Notes: generated from the sequence alone by a model not told the origin. DNA of 10,076 nt from Octopus sinensis (GCF_006345805.1 NW_021827736.1:1-10076); one strand, 5' to 3'. Positions 1 to 6,780 are shown, numbered from the stretch's first letter. Translations and numbers: made by a program.

Positions 1-48
1 TTTATTATTATTATTATTATTATCATTATCCTCATCATCATTATCTTG
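1..48. repeat. (TTA)n/(TCA)n microsatellite
   Basis: Direct reading: ttattattattattattattatcattatcctcatcatcatt. Confidence 0.9.
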
Positions 49-184
49 ATATTTATTAATTTCTCATACTTTTTTTCTCTTCATACACAGAGAGCTGTCT
101 TGACCAGTTATTCAATACATTTTGCAGCATCTGAGTGGGACTATACGACCGGCCAGCATATTGGAGGTGTCCAGTTTGGCTGAC

Positions 185-1175
185 GTAACCACACGGTACA
201 TTACCAGTGATCAACAGGTTTAGCCACACAAGTGGTCAATATATTTACGTTGACCAAGTGAGGGCGACTGCACAAGAATTGGATATATTTACAGGCAGGT
301 GATGTGACCACCACAACTGGATAGTATTTTACATTGACCAAGTGGTGGCCACACGATAAGAGGATATATTTATATATTTATATATCAAGAGGTTTGATCA
401 CACAACTGGACAATATATTTACTGTGTCCAAGCAATTTGACCACACAACTTCAGGATATATTTATAGTGACCAGGTGGTATGTCCACACAACTGGACGAT
501 ATACATTGACCAAGTGGTGACCACACAACCATAGAGTATATTTATCAACCATTGACCAAGCAGTGTGACTACATAACTATACAATATATTGACAGTGTCC
601 AAACAATTTGACCACACAACTACAGGATATATCTACAGTGTCCACACAACTGGACAGTATTATAAATTGACCAAGTGGTGACCACACAACCACAGAGTAT
701 ATTTATTGACCATTGACCAAACAGTGTGACCACACAGCTATACAATATATTGGCAGTGTCCAAACAATTTGACCACACAACTACAGGATATATCTACAGT
801 GTCCACACAACTGGACAGTATTATAAATTGACCAAGTGGTGACCATACAACCACAGAGTATATTTATTGACCATTGACCAAACAGTGTGACCACACAACT
901 ATACAATATATTGGCAGTGGTCAAACAATTTGACCACACAACTACAGGATATATCTACAGTGTCCACACAACTGGACAATATTATAAATTGACCAAGTGG
1001 TGACCATACAACTACAGAGTATATTTATTGACCATTGACCAAACAGTGTGGTCACAACTAAACAATATTTATACAGTTTCCAACAGGTGAGACCACATAA
1101 TTGGGCAATATATTTGCTGTCTCTAATTGGCATTGCACTGTACAACTGGACAATACCTTCACAGTGACCAACAGG
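185..1175. repeat. Minisatellite of CCACACAAC-core monomers with a 161-bp higher-order repeat
   Basis: The anchor TTGACCAAGTGGTGACC recurs at 506, 667, 828 and 989 (period 161). Units 667-827 and 828-988 differ at 5 positions. Each unit holds four related CCACACAAC monomers, and more diverged monomers lie on both flanks. Confidence 0.92.
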
Positions 1176-1330
1176 CTCTTCACGATAAAAGTGATCGTCG
1201 TATCTTCTTTCTATCATATCATCCCGAGTTCAATTCCTGTTCACAGTCCCTGCCCCTTGACCCTACAAAACTTCATTTTCTTTGTCTGTCTGTGCGTCAC
1301 CGTCTCTTCTCTGGTTGTTTCTGAAAAACC

Positions 1331-1452
1331 ATGTCCCAGACTCATACCAGAGTTTCGTTGGCTTACCAGGATTTATCGGAGCTCCCTATGGAATTCATGC
1401 TGAAATACGGGGACTGGCTGGACGAGCTCGATTTGACATACAACCGTATTTC
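1331..1452 (+). CDS. LRMDA: Coding exon of a leucine-rich-repeat protein, LRMDA (C10orf11)-like N-terminus; the exon may start at 1340 instead of ATG 1331
   Basis: Translation MSQTHTRVSLAYQDLSELPMEFMLKYGDWLDELDLTYNRIS contains the LRR motif LxxLxLxxNxI. It resembles the LRMDA N-terminus as recalled (TQVSYIGQDCREIP...G...LDLSFN). Coding-like sequence stops at a U12 donor (1453). ATG context is aaaaccATG with an in-frame TGA at 1322-1324. An alternative phase-0 acceptor CAG at 1337-1339 follows an AG-free pyrimidine-rich stretch (1247-1336). Orthology is not verified. Confidence 0.65.
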
Positions 1453-1461
1453 ATATCCTTT
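1453..1461 (+). promoter_or_regulatory. U12-type (AT-AC) minor intron 5' splice site, phase 2
   Basis: ATATCCTTT matches the minor-spliceosome donor consensus RTATCCTTT exactly. It sits where the LRR motif ends (codon TC|N, Ser41) and where low-complexity A-rich sequence begins. Confidence 0.75.
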
Positions 1462-1517
1462 GCTTGAAACAAAAAGAAAGAAAAAAAAATGGAAAAAGAA
1501 AAATATATGTTGTGCTT

Positions 1518-1889
1518 ATGATGTGATGGTCATGGATAGATTGTTCTTGATTATAGGGTCTGCTTGGTGAGGCTTGGCCCTGGGTTAAACTACAATCAAA
1601 TTACAAAATACATGAAAAATGTTGAGCGAATGATGTGATGGTCGTGGATGGATTGTCCTTGATTATAGGGTCTGCTTGGTGAGGCTTGGCCCTGGGTTAA
1701 ACTACTCAAATTACAAATATCATGAAAAATGTTGAGCGAATGATGTGATGGTCGTGGATGGATTGTCCTTGATTATAGGGTCTGCTTGGTGAGGCTTGGC
1801 CCTGGGTTAAACTACAATCAAATTACAAAATACATGAAAAATGTTGAGCGAATGATGTGATGGTCGTGGATGGATCGTCCTTGATCATA
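1518..1889. repeat. Tandem repeat, about 3.3 copies of 110-112 bp
   Basis: The anchor TGATGTGATGGTC occurs at 1519, 1631, 1741 and 1853, and the units are near-identical. Confidence 0.95.
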
Positions 1890-1935
1890 GATGTCTATCT
1901 CATTGGTTCATACATGCATATATACACGCATAAGT

Positions 1936-2022
1936 CAGTGGGTATGATTTGAGGGACGTTTGGCTGCTTTTTCTACCAGGTCTGCCCTAACATATAGAGG
2001 TTTCCCTCATTGGCTCATACAT

Positions 2023-2087
<65 letters not shown>

Positions 2088-2108
2088 TACATACATACAT
2101 ACATACAT

Positions 2109-2140
<32 letters not shown>

Positions 2141-2370
2141 GTACATATGTACATACGACATTGTGGTGTGATTTGGAGGAGCTTTGGCTGCTATTTCTAT
2201 CAGGTTAACCTAACATATAGATGTCCCCTTAGATCATACATCTATATACATACATAAGATAGCAGGGTGTGATTTGAGGGAGGTTTGGCTGCTATTACTG
2301 GCAGGTCTGCCTTAACATATAATGGTCTCCCTCATTGGCTCATGCATACATACATACGTACATACATACA

Positions 2371-2441
<71 letters not shown>

Positions 2442-2668
2442 TACATGCATACATACATATATTCAGCAGTAGGTATGATTTGAGGGAGTTTTGGTTACTA
2501 TTTCTAGCAGGTCTGCCGGATATATAGAAGTCTCCTTCTTTTGTTCATATATGCATATACATTCATACACGAGACAGTTAGGTGTGAGTTGAGGATGGTC
2601 TGGCTGCTGTTTCTGGCAGGTCTACCTTAACATGTAGGGGTTTCCCTCATTGGCTCATATATATATAT
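1936..2668 (+). mobile_element. Chain of five diverged ~85-90 bp elements, each followed by a (CATA)n/(CA)n/(TA)n tail
   Basis: The motif GG-TRTGATTTGAGGGAG-TTTGGCTGCTATTTCTAGCAGGTC...CCCTCATTGGCTCATA recurs near 1936, 2161, 2262, 2465 and 2575. Each copy runs into a microsatellite. Confidence 0.75.
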
Positions 2669-2857
2669 GATGGGCCGCTAGCTCCTACACGCATGTTTTT
2701 CTCTCCTTGTTTCTTTTCTGTGTATCTTTCTGTCAAAGAGCGTAGGCTCGAAATGTAAAAGACTTGTTCTATTTCTATTCCTGAGCGCCATACTAATACA
2801 TTTGTTTGTTTGTACTCCACCTACCTTCGTCTTTTGTTTATTTTCGTAAACCTTCCC

Positions 2858-2860
<3 letters not shown>
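2669..2860 (+). mobile_element. Short hammerhead-bearing element, family A, ending in (TA)21
   Basis: It is flanked by TA tracts and contains a degenerate hammerhead. It shares the GAGC/GCTC stem II and a downstream TTCCTGAGCG with the family B units. Confidence 0.6.
2725..2762 (+). ncRNA. Degenerate type I hammerhead ribozyme motif, probably inactive
   Basis: Stem I TCTTT/AAAGA; core CTGTCAA (canonical CUGANGA, two changes); A; stem II GAGC-gtag-GCTC; GAAA; TGT; A as H17. Confidence 0.55.

Positions 2861-2902
<42 letters not shown>
2861..2902. repeat. (TA)21 microsatellite between two tail-to-tail hammerhead elements
   Basis: Direct reading. Confidence 0.95.
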
Positions 2903-2906
<4 letters not shown>

Positions 2907-2989
2907 ATCCAGACATGAAAGCACAAAAAAACACAACGCGAGGACATGGAACAGATATAGTATTATTGGACGCTCAAGAAAGAAGGAGG

Positions 2990-3024
2990 GTTTAACGTTT
3001 CGAGCGGAGCTCTTCGTCGGAAAC
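2990..3024 (-). ncRNA. Minimal type I hammerhead-like motif (family B, unit 1)
   Basis: The - strand reads GTTT-CCGACGA-A-GAGC-TCC-GCTC-GAA-ACGT-T-AAAC: stem I GTTT/AAAC, U4C core variant, palindromic stem III. Confidence 0.65.
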
Positions 3025-3205
3025 ATAGAAGGAAAGATCCAGAGAAGGGAAGACGGAGGGAAAAAAATCGCCAACTGTACACACGCGGTCACATTTTGAA
3101 TCATATATATATATAGTTAATCCAAACATGAAAGCACAAAAAAACACAACAACGCGAGGACATGGAACAAATATAGTATTATTGGATGCTCAGGAAAGAA
3201 GGAGG

Positions 3206-3240
3206 GTTTAACGTTTCGAGCGGAGCTCTTCGTCGGAAAC
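3206..3240 (-). ncRNA. Minimal type I hammerhead-like motif (family B, unit 2)
   Basis: 35 nt identical to unit 1. Confidence 0.65.
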
Positions 3241-3434
3241 ATAGGAGAAGGAACGATCCAGAGAAGGGAAGACAGAGGGAAAAAAATCACCAACTGTACA
3301 CACGCGGTCACATTTTGAATCATATATATATATATATATATATAGTTAATCCAAACATGAAAGCACAAAAAAACACAACAACGCGAGGACATGGAACAAA
3401 TATAGTATTATTGGACGCTCAGGAAAGAAGGAGG

Positions 3435-3469
3435 GTTTAACGTTTCGAGCGGAGCTCTTCGTCGGAAAC
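3435..3469 (-). ncRNA. Minimal type I hammerhead-like motif (family B, unit 3)
   Basis: 35 nt identical to unit 1. Confidence 0.65.
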
Positions 3470-3788
3470 ATAGGAGAAGGAACGATCCAGAGAAGGGAAG
3501 ACAGAGGAAAAAAAAATCGCCAATGGTACACACGTGGTCACAAGGGATCCTTCCTCATCGTTTCTCTATTCCTATAGTGTCATAGATATACGTTGGTGAG
3601 AGATATAGCTAAATCAATCGATTCATATATGTTATTAGTACTAATCGACATTTTGAAGGATGAAAGGCCAAGTGAATGAACTCTTGTTGCATTTGCAGAT
3701 ATATTGGTGATAGCGAGGTGGGATCAAAAATAAGTTTGGCTCTCTACCGTTTTTACCGATATATAATATATATATATATATATATATA

Positions 3789-3953
3789 GGCACAGGAGTG
3801 GCTGTGTGGTAAGTAGCTTGTTTACCAACCACATGGTTCTGGGTTCAGTCCCACTGTGTGGCACCTTGGGCAAGTGTCTTCTACTATAGCCTTGGGCCGA
3901 CCAAAGCCTTGTGAGTGGATTTGGTAGACGGAAACTGAAAGAAGCCTGTCGTA

Positions 3954-4000
<47 letters not shown>

Positions 4001-4213
4001 ATTTGTGTGTCTGTGTTTGTCCCCCCAGCATTGCTTGACAACCGATGCTGGTGTGTTTACGTCTCCGTTACTTAGCGGTTCGGCAAAAGAGACCGATAGA
4101 ATAAGTACTGGGCTTACAAAAGAATAAGTCCCGGGGTCGAGTTGCTCGATTAAAGGCGGTGCTCCAGCATGGCCGCAGTCAAATGACTGAAACGAGTAAA
4201 AGAGTAAAAGAGT
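3789..4213 (+). mobile_element. tRNA-derived CORE-type SINE, copy 1 (octopus OR-like)
   Basis: A-box-like TGGCTGTGTGG (3799-3809), B-box-like GGGTTCAGTCCC (3841-3852), MIR/CORE-like ACCTTGGGCAAGT (3863-3875), an internal (TA)n(TG)n tract and an (AGTAAAAG) tail. Two further copies lie in the window. Confidence 0.88.
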
Positions 4214-4214
4214 A

Positions 4215-4335
4215 TACGAGGTCTGATCAATAATATCCGGACCGTTGCCATAGAAACGAAGGTAAAGGATGCAGAGTGAAGCCACTTGGCAAATATTGAC
4301 CTTGAACTCTGTTGCATATGTGTACTAAGTCTTAG
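4215..4335 (+). mobile_element. Possible end fragment of a Tc1/mariner-like DNA transposon
   Basis: TA followed by CGAGGTCTGATCAATA resembles recalled mariner terminal repeats. No partner inverted repeat or transposase is present in the window. Confidence 0.4.
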
Positions 4336-4418
4336 TACTTATGTGCACACACACACACATATATACATACATATATATATATACACACACACACACGTTT
4401 ATATATATATATATATAT

Positions 4419-4625
4419 GATTCAAAATGTGACCGCATGTGTACTGTTGGTGATTTTTTTTTTTCCTCTGTCTTCCCTTCTCTGGATCTTTCCTTCTCCT
4501 ATGTTTCCGACGAAGAGCTCCGCTCGAAACGTTAAACCCTCCTTCTTTCCTGAGCGTCCAATAATACTATACTTGTCCCACGTCCTCTCGCGTTGTTGTG
4601 TTTTTTTGTGCTTTCATGTTTGGAT

Positions 4626-4628
<3 letters not shown>
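4419..4628 (+). mobile_element. Fourth family B unit, inverted relative to 2903-3542
   Basis: It is a reverse-complement match to units 1-3 and is flanked by (TA)n on both sides, with (TA)20 at 4629-4668. Confidence 0.85.
4503..4537 (+). ncRNA. Minimal type I hammerhead-like motif (family B, unit 4)
   Basis: GTTT 4503-4506, CCGACGA 4507-4513, A, GAGC-TCC-GCTC 4515-4525, GAAA 4526-4529, ACGT palindrome 4529-4532, H17=T4533, AAAC 4534-4537. Confidence 0.65.
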
Positions 4629-4672
<44 letters not shown>

Positions 4673-4754
4673 TGGATAGATTGTTATTTAAATATCGAAT
4701 CTATCAAGTTGGCCAGCATGGGAATAAAAACCTTCAAAGGTAATAATTATTATC

Positions 4755-5078
4755 AAAATTATAATTTAGGGTATCTAAGAGATATATGTATATGTAAGTA
4801 TTTGTATGTATATGTATTCATATGTATATGTAAGTATTCGTATGTTGTATGTATATATATTTTTATTTATGTGCTGTGTATATTCCACTGATGAAGGCAA
4901 AGTATTTCTTATGCAGAGCCAGAAATCCGGGATCTGGAATTATCCAGTAATTTTTTGCTAGTTTATTTTGTCTCTTTGTCTTCTCTCCTGGTGCTGTATG
5001 AACATTTAATGTGGTTTTAGAGTCAAGTTTTGGCTGCTATTTCTAGCGTGGTGGTATCTCTCAGATAGCCTAAATTAC

Positions 5079-5084
<6 letters not shown>
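4755..5084. mobile_element. 330-bp segment bounded by 30-bp inverted repeats and carrying a hammerhead (family C)
   Basis: 4755-4784 and the reverse complement of 5055-5084 match at 27 of 30 positions. Confidence 0.6.
4882..4940 (+). ncRNA. Type I hammerhead ribozyme motif (family C)
   Basis: Stem I ATTCCA/TGGAAT; exact CTGATGA 4888-4894; stem II GGC/GCC with an extra A on each side; GAAA 4922-4925; stem III ATC-CGG-GAT; AUC triplet with predicted cleavage after C4934. Confidence 0.72.
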
Positions 5085-5116
<32 letters not shown>

Positions 5117-5359
5117 TTAATAAGGGTGAGAGAATTAGATACTAATTTAATAGTATATCTATTCAACACCAAGTGGCTCAGTGCTCCGAGAAACCTGGAT
5201 TATTTTATACAAAAATAAATATAAGAGAGTGGTCACTATATGGCTCACTCTAGCAATAGTTAATCCAAAAGATTTCAACCACAAAAATACTTGTTTCCCA
5301 TGAAAGTCAGTACGATTGTTAGCTCACAAGAACAGGGCAAATAAAAAATAACAAAAATA

Positions 5360-5455
5360 CAGATTATTTTGGGACAATTGTTTCGCTATTAATGAATTAA
5401 ATGTAATTTTACTTACAAAAAAATCCACTTGTAGCTCCTCAGCCAAAACTATCTG
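5360..5455 (-). ncRNA. Canonical type I hammerhead ribozyme (family D, left arm)
   Basis: Mirror of 5642-5737. Stem I is better here (TTTTGG/CCAAAA). C17 corresponds to position 5373. Confidence 0.85.
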
Positions 5456-5641
5456 GATGAAATCCACTCAATCACACGCCAGATTTTACCATAACGATAA
5501 ATACACGTGTGGTTCAATTGATTACATCCGACGTTATAATTCAAAGGGGCATTTGAATTATAACGTCGGATGTAATCAATTGAACCACACGTGTATTTAT
5601 CGTTATGGTAAAATCTGGCGTGTGATTGAGTGGATTTCATC

Positions 5642-5737
5642 CAGATAGTTTTGGCTGAGGAGCTACAAGTGGATTTTTTTGTAAGTAAAATTACATTTAA
5701 TTCATTAATAGCGAAACAATTGTCCCAAATTAATCTG
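5642..5737 (+). ncRNA. Canonical type I hammerhead ribozyme (family D, right arm)
   Basis: Stem I TTTGG 5650-5654/CCAAA 5725-5729, extended by CAGAT/ATCTG; core CTGAGGA 5655-5661; stem II GCTA 5662-5665/TAGC 5709-5712; GAAA 5713-5716; palindromic ACAATTGT 5716-5723; GUC triplet with predicted cleavage after C5724. Confidence 0.85.
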
Positions 5738-5910
5738 TATTTTTGTTATTTTTTATTTGCCCTGTTCGTGTGAGCTAACAATCGTACTGACTTTCATGGG
5801 AAACATGTATTTTTGTGGTTGAAACCTTTTGGATTAACTAGTGCTAGAGTGAGCCATATAGTGACCACTCTCTTATATTTATTTTTATATATATATATAT
5901 ATATATATCT

Positions 5911-6211
5911 GGAGGTGCAATGGCCCAGTGGTTAGGGCAGCGGACTCGTGGTCATAGGATCACGGTTTTGATTCCCAGGCCGGGCGTTGTGAGTGTTTAT
6001 TGAGTGAAAACACCTAAAAGCTCCACGATGCTCCGGCAGGGGCTGGTGATCCCTGCTGTACTCTTTCACCACTCTTTCTTCCACTCTTTCTTCTGTTGGC
6101 CTGCTTGCTTAGCCAGCGGGGTGGCGTCATTCGAAGGCTAAAACAATGCGAACGCATTGTGACCAGCGATGTGTAACATCTGATGGTCTGGTCGGTCACG
6201 TAAAAAAAAAA
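5911..6211 (+). mobile_element. tRNA-derived SINE, second family, with poly(A) end
   Basis: A-box TGGCCCAGTGG, B-box-like GGTTTTGATTCCC, a non-tRNA body, and an A-run at 6202-6211. Confidence 0.8.
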
Positions 6212-6267
6212 TATTTATATATATATCCATCCATTCATCCATCCATACATACATATATACATAAGAC

Positions 6268-6350
6268 ACTAGGTGTGAGTTGGTGGAGATTTGGCTGCTA
6301 TTTCTAACAGGTCTAGCTACCATGTCAATGTCTGCTTTACTGGCTTATAC
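6268..6350 (+). mobile_element. Solo diverged copy of the ~90-bp element seen at 1936-2668
   Basis: AGGTGTGAGTTGGTGGAGATTTGGCTGCTATTTCTAACAGGTC...TGGCTTATACATA, preceded by CCAT/CATA repeats. Confidence 0.6.
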
Positions 6351-6440
6351 ATAAAACCGCCACCACCTTCACCATAGCCACGCTTTATAATTATCTCTTT
6401 TGTAATGAGTCATCAATTAGTGACAATCTAAAATAATTGG

Positions 6441-6780
6441 TGTGTATGCGTGTGTGTGTGTGTGTGTGTGTTTGAATAAGAGGATGTGAGTGATGGGAAG
6501 AGGGGAGAAAAGGAGAATGTAGAGAAGGGGAGGAAAGAAATAGAGAGGAAAAGAGAGAGTGAGTGAGCGAGAGAGAGAGGGAAGAGTCAAACAATGAAAA
6601 TACTTACATACTTATCTGTCTGACTGTCCGTCTGCCTGTCTGTCTGTTTGTCTGTCTGTCTGTCTATCTATGTGTGTATAGATAAGTTGATAGATCTGTG
6701 TGTGTTTGTATGTGAATAGATATGTATGTGTATATGTGTGTGTGTGTGTGTATTTGTATATGTGTGTGTATAAATATATA
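6441..6780. repeat. Mosaic of simple repeats: (GT)n, GA-rich purine tract, (CTGT)n, (TG/TA)n
   Basis: Direct reading. Confidence 0.9.

Larger units (their letters stand above)
2903..3542 (-). mobile_element. Three tandem ~200-bp hammerhead-bearing units separated by (TA)n, family B (retrozyme/Penelope pLTR-like)
   Basis: Units lie at 2903-3102, 3116-3321 and 3345-3542 (the third is truncated). Each contains the same 35-nt hammerhead motif on the - strand. Confidence 0.8.
5211..5886. repeat. 676-bp palindrome (335-bp arms, 6-nt spacer): inverted duplication of a hammerhead-bearing element (family D)
   Basis: Arms 5211-5545 and 5552-5886 were compared base by base: 5 mismatches and no indels. 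The spacer is GGGGCA. Confidence 0.97.

Noticed and set aside
1255-1271. CCTTGAC followed by AC as an upstream minor-intron acceptor
   Set aside because: It matches the branch core and spacing, but there is no partner donor in the window and a 7-mer can occur by chance.
334-1403. ORFs across the 161-bp satellite
   Set aside because: The period is not a multiple of three, and the peptides have no recognisable features.
2678-4743. Repeated ORFs such as MIQNVTACV... and MSSRC...
   Set aside because: They are translations of the ~200-bp hammerhead units and TA tracts. No reverse transcriptase or GIY-YIG motif is visible.
5256-5269. 14-bp match ATAGTTAATCCAAA between the palindrome arm and family B unit ends
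   Set aside because: It is AT-rich with no flanking similarity, and a few such matches are expected by chance in a window this size.
5449-5648. Two near-identical ORFs on opposite strands
   Set aside because: They are a direct consequence of the palindrome, with no recognisable protein motif.
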